From Octopus sinensis (lineage: Eukaryota): a stretch of 49,180 nucleotides of DNA. Location of the stretch: assembly GCF_006345805.1 (NCBI RefSeq), contig NW_021835785.1:1-49180 (forward strand), given 5' to 3'. Below, piece by piece: positions 26,003 to 37,905 of the stretch. The notes under the pieces were generated by a model that ran no database searches, had not been told where the DNA came from, and saw only the letters and a list, made by a program, of their open reading frames with translations. The translations under genes were made by a program, and so were the position numbers. Numbering within the stretch: the stretch's first letter is position 1; each line of letters starts with the position of its first letter.

Positions 26003-26496
26003 ATACTATAATCATAAATGATTATATATTGAATTTTGAGATACTAGAAGGCACCAACTCAACTCAGTATCAGAGCGAGCTAGAATCCGCAACTAGTATC
26101 ACCAAATTCAAAGTGTGAATGAAAAGATTGTGTCACCAGCCCCTTCCCACCCGCGTGTAGCCAAAACAAGATGCTGTGGTCATCTACTGAGATAAAATAT
26201 GGTTATCCGTAATAATGAAGGGTGAAATTAATTAATTTGGAATAATTATCAATTACACCAAGTAGTCTTCGGCATGTGTAAAGCCTCATTCGAGGAAAAT
26301 TTAAGTAATACTAAGCAATAAAGGGTTTAGCAACGAATTGCCTTACCACATACCGAATTTAGAAATAGCAGTCAAAGGGTTATAGCTATTTCTTCTACTA
26401 AAAAGGGAGATCTCAGTAAAAACAGCAATTGGAAGGCAGACACAAACAGGTAAGAGAGAATGAATAGACGGCAATCTATCATACAATTTTAAGTTA

Positions 26497-26597
26497 TCTA
26501 CGGACGCACGTTTCGAAATCAAGTTTTTAGGAAAGCATAAGAATTAAATATTAAATAATTCTACTACCCACCAAACTTCTTTTCTCTTCAGCTTAGA
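26497..26597 (-). ncRNA. type I HHR, array unit 3 (stem I mismatch)
   Basis: core intact; TCTACG changed to TCTAAG, breaking base pair 1.2-2.2. Confidence 0.7.
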
Positions 26598-27089
26598 ATA
26601 CTATAATCATAAATGATTATATATTGAATTTTGAGATACTAGAAGGCACCAACTCAACTCAGTATCAGAGCGAGCTAGAATCCGCAACTAGTATCACCAA
26701 ATTCAAAGTGTGAATGAAAAGATTGTGTCACCAGCCCCTTCCCACCCGCGTGTAGCCAAAACAAGATGCTGTGGTCATCTACTGAGATAAAATATGGTTA
26801 TCCGTAATAATGAAGGGTGAAATTAATTAATTTGGAATAATTATCAATTACACCAAGTAGTCTTCTGCATGTAAAAGCCTCATTCGAGGAAAATTTAAGT
26901 AATACTAAGCAATAAAGGTTTAGCAACGAATTGCCTTACCACATACCGAATTTAGAAATAGCAGTCAAGGGTTATAGCTATTTTTCTTTACTAAAAAGGG
27001 AGATCTCAGTAAAAACAGCAATTGGAAGGCAGACACAAACAGGTAAGAGAGAATGAATAGACGGCAATCTATCATACAATTTTAAGTTA

Positions 27090-27188
27090 TCTACGGACGC
27101 ACGTTCGAAATCAAGTTTTTAGGAAAGCATAAGAATTAAATATTAAATAATTCTACCTTACCCAAACTTCTTTTCTCTTCAGCTTAAA
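27090..27188 (-). ncRNA. type I HHR, array unit 4 (GAAA reduced to GAA; probably inactive or a read error)
   Basis: plus strand ACGTTCG instead of ACGTTTCG, plus the stem I mismatch. Confidence 0.55.
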
Positions 27189-27681
27189 TACTATAATCAT
27201 AAATGATTATATATTGAATTTTGAGATACTAGAAGGCACCAACTCAACTCAGTATCAGAGCGAGCTAGAATCCGCAACTAGTATCACCAAATTCAAGTGT
27301 GAATGAAAAGATTGTGTCACCAGCCCCTTCCCACCCGCGTGTAGCCAAAACAAGATGCTGTGGTCATCTACTGAGATAAAATATGGTTATCCGTAATAAT
27401 GAAGGGTGAAATTAATTAATTTGGAATAATTATCAATTACACCAAGTAGTCTTCGGCATGTAAAAGCCTCATTCGAGGAAAATTTAATTTAAGTATACTA
27501 AGCAATAAAGGGTTTAGCAACGAATTGCCTTACCACATACCGAATTTAGAAATAGCAGTCAAAGGGTTATAGCTATTTCTTCTACTAAAAAGGGGATCTC
27601 AGTAAAAAAACAGCATTGGAAGGCAGACACAAACAGGTAAGAGAGAATGAATAGACGGCAATCTATCAACAATTTTAGTTA

Positions 27682-27780
27682 TCTACGGACGCACGTTTCG
27701 AAATCAAGTTTTTAGGAAAGCATAAGAATAAATATTAAATAATTCTACCTTACCCAAACTTCTTTTCTCTTCAGCTTAGA
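27682..27780 (-). ncRNA. type I HHR, array unit 5 (stem I mismatch)
   Basis: core intact, TCTAAG variant. Confidence 0.7.
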
Positions 27781-28273
27781 ATACTATAATCATAAATGAT
27801 TATATATTGAATTTTGAGATACTAGAAGGCACCAACTCAACTCAGTATCAGAGCGAGTTAGAATCCGCAACTATTATCACCAAATTCAAAGTGTGAATGA
27901 AAAGATTGTGTCACCAGCCCCTTCCCACCCGCGTGTAGCCAAAACAAGATGCTGTGGTCATCTACTGAGATAAAATATGGTTATCCGTAATAATGAAGGG
28001 TGAAATTAATTAATTTGGAATAATTATCAATTACACCAAGTAGTCTTCGGCATGTAAAAGCCTCATTCGAGGAAAATTTAAGTAATACTAAGCAATAAAG
28101 GGTTTAGCAACGAATTGCCTTACCACATACCGAATTTAGAAATAGCAGTCAAAGGGTTATAGCTATTTCTTCTACTAAAAAGGGAGATCTCAGTAAAAAC
28201 AGCAATTGGAAGGCAGACACAAACAGGTAAGAGAGAATGAATAGACGGCAATCTATCATACAATTTTAAGTTA

Positions 28274-28373
28274 TCTACGGACGCACGTTTCGAAATCAAG
28301 TTTTTAGGAAAGCATAAGAATTAAATATTAAATAATTCTACCTTACCCAAACTTCTTTTCTCTTCAGCTTAGA
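28274..28373 (-). ncRNA. type I HHR, array unit 6 (stem I mismatch)
   Basis: core intact, TCTAAG variant. Confidence 0.7.
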
Positions 28374-28860
28374 ATACTATAATCATAAATGATTATATAT
28401 TGAATTTTGAGATACTAGAAGGCACCAACTCAACTCAGTATCAGAGCGAGCTAGAATCCGCAACTAGTATCACCAAATTCAAAGTGTGAATGAAAAGATT
28501 GTGTCACCAGCCCCTTCCCACCCGCGTGTAGCCAAAACGAGATGCTGTGGTCATCCACTGAGATAAAATATGGTTATCCGTAATAATGAAGGGTGAAATT
28601 AATTAATTTGGAATAATTATCAATTACACCAAGTAGTCTCGGCATGTAAAAGCCCATTCGAGGAAAATTTAAGTAATACTAAGCAATAACGGGTTTAGCA
28701 ACGAATTGCCTTACCACATACCGAATTAGAAATAGCAGTCAAAGGGTTATAGCTATTTCTTTCTAAAAAAGGGAGATCAGTAAAAACAGCAATTGGAAGG
28801 CAGACACAAACAGGTAAGAGAGAATGAATAGACGGCAATCTATCATACAATTTTAAGTTA

Positions 28861-28960
28861 TCTACGGACGCACGTTTCGAAATCAAGTTTTTAGGAAAGC
28901 ATAAGAATTAAATATTAAATAATTCTACCTTACCCAAACTTCTTTTCTCTTCAGCGTAGT
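28861..28960 (-). ncRNA. type I HHR, array unit 7 (5-bp stem I)
   Basis: core intact; CTACG/CGTAG pairing with an adjacent 3-nt insertion. Confidence 0.78.
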
Positions 28961-29454
28961 AGAATACTATAATCATAAATGATTATATATTGAATTTTGA
29001 GATACTAGAAGGCACCAACTCAACTCAGTATCAGAGCGAGCTAGAATCCGCAACTAGTATCACCAAATTCAAAGTGTGAATGAAAAGATTGTGTCACCAG
29101 CCCCTTCCCACCCGCGTGTAGCCAAAACAAGATGCTGTGGTCATCTACTGAGATAAAATATGGGTATCCGTAATAATGAAGGGTGAAATTAATTAATTTG
29201 GAATAATTATCAATTACACCAAGTAGTCTTCGGCATGTAAAAGCCTCATTCGAGGAAAATTTAAGTAATACTAAGCAATAAAGGGTTTAGCAACGAATTG
29301 CCTTACCACATACCGAATTTAGAAATAGCAGTCAAAGGGTTATAGCTATTTCTTACTAAATAGGGAGATCTCAGTAAAAACAGCAATTGGAAGGCAGACA
29401 CAAACAGGTAAGAGAGAATGAATAGACGGCAATCTATCATACAATTTTAAGTTA

Positions 29455-29554
29455 TCTACGGACGCACGTTTCGAAATCAAGTTTTTAGGAAAGCATAAGA
29501 ATTAAATATTAAATAATTCTACCTTACCCAAACTTCTTTTCTCTTCAGCGTAGA
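29455..29554 (-). ncRNA. type I HHR, array unit 8 (intact)
   Basis: identical to unit 1 motif. Confidence 0.82.
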
Positions 29555-29974
29555 ATACTATAATCATAAATGATTATATATTGAATTTTGAGATACTAGA
29601 AGGCACCAACTCAACTCAGTATCAGAGCGAGCTAGAATCCGCAACTAGTATCACCAAATTCAAAGTGTGAATGAAAAGATTGTGTCACCAGCCCCTTCCC
29701 ACCCGCGTGTAGCCAAAACAAGATGCTGTGGTCATCTACTGAGATAAAATATGGGTATCCGTAATAATGAAGGGTGAAATTAATTAATTGGAATAATTAT
29801 CAATTACACCAAGTAGTCTTCGGCATGTAAAAGCCTCATTCGAGGAAAAGTTAAGTAATACTAAGCAATAAAGGGTTTAGCAACGAATTGCCTTACCACA
29901 TATATATATAATTTTTGTTTTTCAGATGAGATAAAGAACCAAGGCTATGAAGATTTTAGAATATTTATAAATAG

Positions 29975-30022
29975 GTCTTACAGCTGTTTCCAGGATATTT
30001 TTTATATCCCTTCATCGGAGAC
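29975..30022 (-). ncRNA. variant type I HHR within a (TA)n-inserted element (~29907-30170)
   Basis: minus strand GTCT-CCGATGA-A GGGATA TAAAAAA TATCCT G-GAA-ACAGCTGT-A^AGAC: U4C core, perfectly palindromic stem III, GUA triplet, 4-bp stem I. Confidence 0.6.
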
Positions 30023-30299
30023 GTTGTGAGAAAAGGGTTAAGCAATAGTTAATTTAGATAAGATACGATATAGAGAGTGAAATGGAGGAATGAAAGTGGT
30101 CATCCATAGCACTTACTCAGCATTATCTGACTCTTTTGGGTCTTACTAACACCATTACCTCATGTTACCTATATATATACATATGAGTGACTGGCCAAAC
30201 GAAAGAGGGTCACTCAACACATTTATTGGGATCAAAACATATTGGATTTGAATTCGATACGGCTGAAGATCACGCTTGAGACTCTTGAAGTACCAGCGA

Positions 30300-30372
<73 letters not shown>

Positions 30373-30373
30373 G

Positions 30374-30490
30374 ATGTATTAGAATAACGCTCTGGAATTG
30401 ACAAAGTCCTTAACGTTTCGAGCCTACGCTCTTCCACAGAAAAGAACAGAAAGAAACAAGGAGAGAAACATGGAGGAAAAAAAAATATAT
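30374..30490 (-). mobile_element. Penelope-LTR-like fragment (family of 18505-18790)
   Basis: minus strand GGAAGAGCGTAGGCTCGAAACGTTAAGGAC...GAGCGTTATTCTAATAC matches 18664-18730. Confidence 0.65.
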
Positions 30491-30612
30491 ATGTATACAC
30501 ACACACACATATATATATATATACACACACGCCTTTATTCGCCTTAAATGGTCCCTTTACATACTGAACACTTGGTGAAATTGATTAATTAATTAATTTT
30601 ACCCTCAATTGT

Positions 30613-30649
<37 letters not shown>

Positions 30650-30650
<1 letters not shown>

Positions 30651-30910
30651 GGAGGTTAGGGCAGCGGACTCGCGGTCGTAGGATCGCGGTTTCGATTCCC
30701 AGACCGGCGTTGTGAGTGTTTATTGAGCGAAAAACCTAAAACCTCCACGAGGCTCCAGCAGGGGGTGGTGATCCTGCTGTACTTTTTCTGTTGGCCTGCT
30801 CGCTAGCCAGCGGGGTGGCGTCTCATTCGAAGGCTAAAACAATGCGAACGCATTGTGACCAGCGATGTGTAACTGCATCTGATGGACTGGTCGGTCACGT
30901 GATCACATGA
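30650..30910 (+). mobile_element. SINE family C head with tail type 2
   Basis: GTTAGGGCAGCGGACTCGCGG head; tail identical in type to 8236-8352. Confidence 0.88.
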
Positions 30911-31616
30911 TGTATATATATAAATATATATATACATATGCACACCTACATACTGGTTTTTACATATTTATATGCATATAATTATCATACATGCATTCTT
31001 ATATATATACATAAATACGCACGCGTGCGCGCGTGTGGGAACGATCTGTTAAAGACGCATTCAGAAATATCTTCGTATATGCGTAATAATACCGACACCA
31101 ATATAATTCCAAACTACAACAACCGCTAGAGCAATATTAGTATAAATAAATAAATATTGAATACAATGGAGTGCAACAAAAGCATAGAAATTTCAAAATT
31201 TAATCAAAATCTTGTATTTTTACAGAAAATACAGCAAACATTTGTGAAATAAGAGGTTTGTATTTTCATAGAAAATATTTATTAGTTCAGCAGTGATATG
31301 AGAATATCCGAGACTGCGAGGGAGTATTGGAAATAATTTTGAAGAAAATACAAGTAATTATATAATGTATATCTGTCTCTCTCACTATACTAACAAACTT
31401 TACGTACATATATATATATACGTATATATATATATATATATATATAACATAAGGGACTAAAGCCATCTGAATATGGCTAGGGACAGGGCAGGGTGGTGGG
31501 GGTGTTACTGTTGCATTTAGCCCCAGGCGAACATCAACGTCGCCAGATAGGCTTGACACCGTCACGGCGTCCTCTATCCTGCAAAGGGAGATAATTCCCC
31601 GATGAAGCGGAAACCA

Positions 31617-31661
31617 CACACGGACCTAGGTTTCAAGGTGTTTGCCTATTATCAACGTATG
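31617..31661 (-). ncRNA. type I HHR with U3-A8 covariation
   Basis: reverse complement of 31950-31994. Confidence 0.7.
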
Positions 31662-31949
31662 GTAGGCACCCGCTTCCTCGACGAACCACTCACTCTGCAG
31701 GATATTTATATAGATTTTCAGGCAAAATACATTTGCTGATTTCGAAAATCTGTTCGACAGCAATAATAATTCTCTAAATGAGATATAGACAGTAACTGCT
31801 CCATAACATAAGGGACTAAAGCCATCTGAATATGGCTAGGGACAGGGCAGGGTGGTGGGGGTGTTACTGTTGCATTTAGCCCCAGGCTTGAAAATCTATA
31901 TATAAATATCCTGCAGAGTGAGTGGTTCGTCGAGGAAGCGGGTGCCTAC

Positions 31950-31994
31950 CATACGTTGATAATAGGCAAACACCTTGAAACCTAGGTCCGTGTG
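31950..31994 (+). ncRNA. type I HHR with U3-A8 covariation
   Basis: CATACG-TTGATAA-T AGG CAAACA CCT T-GAA-ACCTAGGT-C^CGTGTG: 6-bp stem I, palindromic stem III, GUC triplet (cut after 31988). Confidence 0.7.
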
Positions 31995-32203
31995 TGGTTT
32001 CCGCTTCATCGGGGAATTATCTCCCTTTGCAGGATAGAGGACGCCGTGATGGTGTCAAGCCTATCTGGCGACGTTAATGTTCGCCTGGGGCTAAATGCAA
32101 CAGTAACACCACCCTGCCCTGTCCCTAGCCATATTCAGATGGCTTTAGTCCCTTATGTTATGGAGCAGTTACTGTCTATATCTCATTTAGAGAATTATTA
32201 TTG

Positions 32204-32244
<41 letters not shown>

Positions 32245-32534
32245 TAATGTTTGTCGCCGCTTCAACATGTCTGTTCCGTTCGAACAGACGTTGCTGCAAT
32301 TTTTTTTACCCCAAGTGGATATTTCACCTAGATGGTTAAAGATGCGTACCTGCATCCGATATATTGCGAGCAGGGAGCGAATCTCTACCACCTTCTAGCG
32401 ACGGGACCAGCTAGAATGTATACATATACACATACATATATTACAAGCGTATGTATTTATATATGTTATATATGACACCAAAAATTATACGCACATACAC
32501 ATATATATATTTGTCTACATATACATGCATGTGT

Positions 32535-32950
32535 AAGGCGGCGAGCTGGCAGAATCGTTAGCACGCCGGGCGAAGAGCTTAACAGTATTTCGTCTGCCGC
32601 TACGTTCTGAGTTCAAATTCCGCCGAGGTCGACTTTGCCTTTCATCCTTTCGGGGTCGATTAAATAAGTACCAGTTACGCACTGGTGTCGATATAATCGA
32701 CTTAATCCGTTTGTCTGTCCCTGTTTGTCTTCTCTATGTTTAGCCCTTGTGGGTAGTAAAGAAATAGGTATTTCGTCTGTCTCTACGTTCTGAGTTAAAA
32801 TTCCGCCGACGTCGACTTTGCCTTTCATCCTTTCGGGGTCGATTAAATAAGTACCAGTTACGCACTGGGGTTGATGTAATCGACTTAATCTCTTTGTCTG
32901 TCCTTGTTTGTCCCCCACCCATGTTTAGCCTCTTTGTGGGCAGTAAAGAA

Positions 32951-32953
<3 letters not shown>
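32535..32953 (+). mobile_element. SINE family B dimer (full copy plus 5'-truncated copy)
   Basis: junction AAAGAAATAG|GTATTTCGTC at ~32767. Confidence 0.9.
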
Positions 32954-32985
<32 letters not shown>

Positions 32986-33311
32986 ATATATATAGATATA
33001 TATATATATATATATAATATATATATATATATATAATATATACATACATGTGGTGTGTGTGTCTGTGTTGTCTCAGGGTGCTTGTGCCAGTAGCCGGTTT
33101 TGGAATTGAATATATATTTCATCCTGGAAGTGAATATAACCGGCTGGCCGGCTTCTATTGTGTTTGCTAATTACTTGAAATATCTTTGTAGTCAGGAGCA
33201 GACAAACACACTCTTTTGACCTCCAATAAGATTGCCCAAAGTAATGTTACTGATGTAACATGTGGAAAGAAAAGGGGCTGCACCAATCTCAGTTTGGTAA
33301 AACATTTCAGT

Positions 33312-33720
33312 AGGCGCAGGAGTGGCTGTGTGGTAAGTAGCTTGTTTACCAACCACATGGTCCCGGGTTCAGTCCCACTGCGTGGCACCATGGGCAAATG
33401 TCTTCTACTATAGCTTCGGGCCGACCAAAGCCTTGTGAGCGGATTTGGTAGACGGAAACTGAAAGAAGCCCGTCGTATATATGTATATATATATGCGTGT
33501 GTGTGTTTTTGTGTCTGTGTTTGTCCCCTCCCAACATCGCTTCACAACCGATGCTGGTGTGTTTATGTCCCCGTTACTTAGCGGTTCGGCAAAAGAGACC
33601 GATAGAGTAAGTACTGAGCTTACAAAAGAATAAGTCCAGGGGTCGAGTTGCTCGATTAAAGGCGGTGCTCCAGCATGGCCACAGTCAAATGACTGAAACA
33701 AGTAAAAGAGTAAAGAGTAT
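33312..33720 (+). mobile_element. SINE family A, full length
   Basis: matches 8549-8950. Confidence 0.92.
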
Positions 33721-34131
33721 AAAGTTGAGACAAGTGAAATAAAACCCCATAATCAAACACACAGTGTAGCTGCTTGATGACCTCTCACCTATAGTATCAT
33801 TACTGAGCTCGTCCGAACACAGATTCATTGTTTACCATGCCATTTACTGAGGAACAGACAAGACACAGTAGGAAAATTATTATTAATAGCGACATTTATT
33901 TGAAAAGTATTATTAAAGAAAAAAAATAACATTCAGAAACATTGACGTGTAATGAAATCCAACCAAGGTCTTCACAATTTATTTCAGTTTCCAAGACCAA
34001 AATATTTCCGCTGTGAAAAACTTATAACAAAATAAGAACAATTGCCTGCAAGAAATAGCGTTAATTATAAATATTTCTTGTGTTTATGACAACCTACACC
34101 TACGTATATGTAAGTATATGTACATATATAT

Positions 34132-34211
<80 letters not shown>

Positions 34212-34782
34212 CAGAAGAGAGAGAGGCCACACACACAAACGAAACCTGTTGAGTTGTCTTTCGTTTGTATTCTTATACATCTATGTACAAACATAAATAA
34301 ATCCGAATATTTATATATATATGCATATGCATGAGTATATTTAATATTTACACACATATACACATACATGTGTGTATATTAATTTGAATTTAAAGAAAAT
34401 ATTACTAAAACTATTATTGGAGACGTATAATTTAATCGAAAGTAAACATGGCTTCAGGACTACTCTAGACATTGAAAGTTTTAATTGAAATATAGCCAAA
34501 AATGCTCGTAAAGATTGCAGCTTAATCACATAGTCAATGAAAAACACACAAGAATATATTTATGTTTCTTCCAACAGCTGCCTGCAAATATATTTCAAGC
34601 AATTACAATTTTGCTACAAGTAGATCATCTATATGATAGTATTTCTCGCTGGCAAATATATTGACACAACACCTGATATATTAATGATTATGCAAATGGA
34701 TTCATAGCTAAAAGTTACATATGTAATACTATATATTTACATGCAAATGTACATGTATACACATAAATACATAATTTATGTA

Positions 34783-34823
<41 letters not shown>

Positions 34824-35172
34824 TATATATTATATATATATATATACATATATATACATATGTATATAATGTGTGTGTGTGGGTGTTAATTATTCATTTC
34901 CAGTAAAATATATTTATGATGTCATCATTGATATTGATTAACGTATTGTTGTGCGTAAATATGGGATTTGAAATCAAAATATGTGACTCATAGTCACACA
35001 TACACAGACCCTTTCTCTTTCTCTACCTCTCTCTCGTACTTCTTTTCTCTTTCTATCACCATTTCCGATTTGTCGTTCGGTATCGTACTTTCAGTCAGTT
35101 TTGTACATTTTATTTAATAATATAAACAAAACTATGCAAGTTCACTTTTGTTAAGTTAGTTTTCTACTCAAA

Positions 35173-35331
<159 letters not shown>

Positions 35332-36127
35332 TAGATATATGTATGTGTGTATGTATTTATGTATGTAAATGTATTAGTAATATTGAATAGTTATTAAAAT
35401 CTAGCCATAAACTATTTAAAACATACAGGTTTTCTTAATTAAACATAACTCATAATGTATGGAGACTTACATTGCTTACATCAAAGAAACCAACACCATA
35501 GTTTCATTAAATTTGTGCTTCAAGCAACACTTATCTGGAGAATTATTTGAAACAACTTCTCGCAGACCGAAAAGTTTAGCAGCGAAGCTACGTGGATTAA
35601 GGATACACCTGCACGTTACTTGAGGTTTAGCATTGCAGCTTACAGAGCTCCGGTCGGATTTCGTGTTAGTGAGGTCCATAAGTTTGCGTTAGCACATTCT
35701 GCTTTTCAGTCAAGAATATATTCCTGACTTACGTTTGTTGGAATTCATAGTTATTCTTAAATTTGTCATGGGTTATTCTAAGTGTAAATTTTATGTCTGT
35801 GATATTCTGTTTGATTAAAACACTAGAGTTTACACCATTTTGTTTCACCAGAATTAACAGCGCTCTAATTTCTGAGGAACATTCAAACTGCTGCTGGTTT
35901 CACAACTGCTAAAGGATTGTCATTTCTTTTACAATTTATTCTTTTTCGATAGAAAATATAATTTACAGGTTGTACTTAGCTGTCTTCCCACTGATTTTTC
36001 TCAGAAAGATGAACCGAAACGCTTTTATTTCGTTGACTTTATGTCTTCACTACATAACAACCTGAATTATTGAAAACTTACCAACATTCTGATGATCATT
36101 GACAATCCCTTCTGAAATTACTGATTT

Positions 36128-36333
36128 CAGATTTTGGCTCAAGGCTAGCAGTATTGGGGAGAGAAGGAGCTAAGTCGATTAAATCGATCCCAGTGTTCAA
36201 CTGGTCCTTATTTTATCGAGCACGAAAGGATGAAAGGCAAAGTCGACCCTATTGGAATCTGAACTCAGAACGTAACTATAGACGAATAGCATTTTGCCGA
36301 GCATGCTAACGATTCTGCCTGTTCATCGCCTTC
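36128..36333 (-). mobile_element. SINE family B, diverged
   Basis: AACTGGTCCTTATTTTATCGAGCACGAAAGGATGAAAGGCAAAGTCGACC core. Confidence 0.85.
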
Positions 36334-37124
36334 CCTTCAGAGAATTATTATGTTGGCAGGGTATCCTTCCAGCTCAGAGAACATAGTAAGAGAACACTAG
36401 ACTAGTCCAATATTTACTGTGTAGTCCTGTCTAAGATTTCGAATGTATACAGCTGATGAAGAGAGAATTGTAGTGATATAAAGCATTCAGAGAAGTTTAA
36501 TAAAGACAAAGATGAATAAATCTTTATATATTATAAACGCTTAGGGAACTATATTAACTTCAGTTAGACCACACAGACCGAAAACTATAGAAATAGTATT
36601 TCTTAAGCTACGTAAAGCAACGTATCGAAAACAAAAGAGGAATATCCGAATTCTTTTTATACGATAAATTATAGGTTAATATTTCTTTAATTATAAACAT
36701 CCAGCAGAATAGCTTCCGGCCAATCTGGTGATCTAAAAGATAAAACAATACTACAATGTCAGACACATCATTAAGTAGTATATATATACGAGTGTTAGTT
36801 TGAAGAAATAGCGGCAGTTCAGAAACACATGTACGTATGATGTGCAATGTATACACATACAGACAAACACACACACATATATACATATATGTACATGAAT
36901 GTATACATACACATAAACAAACGCACACACGCACACACACGCACACACACACACACATATATATATAGATACCGGAGTAAATACATAAATGTGAAACAAG
37001 GTGGAAAAAAGAGTACTCAAATACCAGTGGTAGAGTAATATGCTTTATTTAAAGCAGCAGAAAATTCAACAAAACCTGTTACTCTGAGTTTCCCGTTGCC
37101 CTATAATTTACTCAGTATATATCT

Positions 37125-37197
<73 letters not shown>

Positions 37198-37424
37198 CAT
37201 ACGCGCGTACACATATATATATACATACATATATTTAATCATAAACACATAAATTATTACAAAAAGTTATTTTATATACGTACATACACATACACACACA
37301 CACAAAAATAAGCTCATATACATGCGCATGCACGGACACACACGCACGCACACAACACACACACACATGCACACACACTCACACAAATACAGATTTTTGT
37401 CTGTATATACACACACACTCACAT

Positions 37425-37457
<33 letters not shown>

Positions 37458-37468
37458 ATGTCTATATG

Positions 37469-37700
37469 AAGGCGGCGAGCTGGCAGAAACGTTAGCACGC
37501 CGGGCGAAACGCGTAGCCGTATTTCGTCTGCCGTTACGTTCTGGGTTCAAATTCTACCAAGGTCGACTTTGCCTTTTATCCTTTCGGGGTCGATAAATTA
37601 AGTACCAGTTACGCACTGGGGTCGATGTAATCGACTTAATCCGTTTGTCTGTCCTTGTTTGTCCCCTCTATGTTTAGCCCCTTGTGGGTAATAAAGAAAC
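37469..37700 (+). mobile_element. SINE family B, young insertion
   Basis: 18-bp TSD ATATATAATGTCTATATG (37451-37468 / 37701-37718). Confidence 0.95.
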
Positions 37701-37865
37701 ATATATAATGTCTATATGTATGTTTTTATGTTTGTATGATCGTCTTTATATATGCCGATAGATGGGGGTTTGAAAACTCGGGAACTAAGAGGAAAATTAT
37801 ATTCCCTGTTCACACAAATGAAGTAGGGGCCCCGACTGAGAGAGAATGCCTTTGCTAAACATAAC

Positions 37866-37905
37866 CTTAGGTGACTGGACACAGATATGCACAGCTGGTT
37901 CACAG
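37866..37905 (-). other. possible 40-nt internal exon of an unidentified host gene
   Basis: minus strand long polypyrimidine tract ending CTCCTGATAG, then 40 nt, then AAG|GTTATG; two open frames (AVNQLCISVSSHLR or CEPAVHICVQSPK); no protein recognised. Confidence 0.25.

Larger units (their letters stand above)
25124..29902 (-). repeat. head-to-tail tandem array of 8 x ~594-bp units, each carrying a hammerhead ribozyme (retrozyme/Penelope-LTR-like)
   Basis: HHR start positions 25309, 25903, 26497, 27090, 27682, 28274, 28861, 29455; ~40-bp terminal redundancy (AAGCAATAAAGGG...CCTTACCACA); (TA)n on both flanks; no long ORF. Confidence 0.92.
31445..32205. mobile_element. (TA)n-inserted 359-bp unit element: 1.2 direct copies plus an inverted, circularly permuted copy
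   Basis: direct repeat 31445-31530 / 31804-31887; 31888-32205 is the reverse complement of unit positions 31759-31803 followed by 31445-31721. Confidence 0.88.

Noticed and set aside
25124-29902. Array as a CRISPR array or a coding tandem repeat
   Set aside because: Units are whole-length near-identical with no unique spacers, the context is eukaryotic, and there is no ORF across units
30259-30296. CTGAAGA-TCACGCTTGA-GACTCTTGAAGTA motif
   Set aside because: GAAA is missing two bases and stem I is only 2 bp; at best a dead relic
31595-31635. Second, opposite-polarity hammerhead core (CCGATGA-AGCG-GAAAC) in the 359-bp unit
   Set aside because: No NUH site with matching stem I or stem III could be closed in type I or type III topology, so an ambisense ribozyme pair is not supported
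35476-35700. Higher-complexity segment with a 67-aa ORF and a possible GTAAGC donor
   Set aside because: Weak acceptor, no recognisable homology, and in-frame joining with the 37866-37905 candidate gives stops
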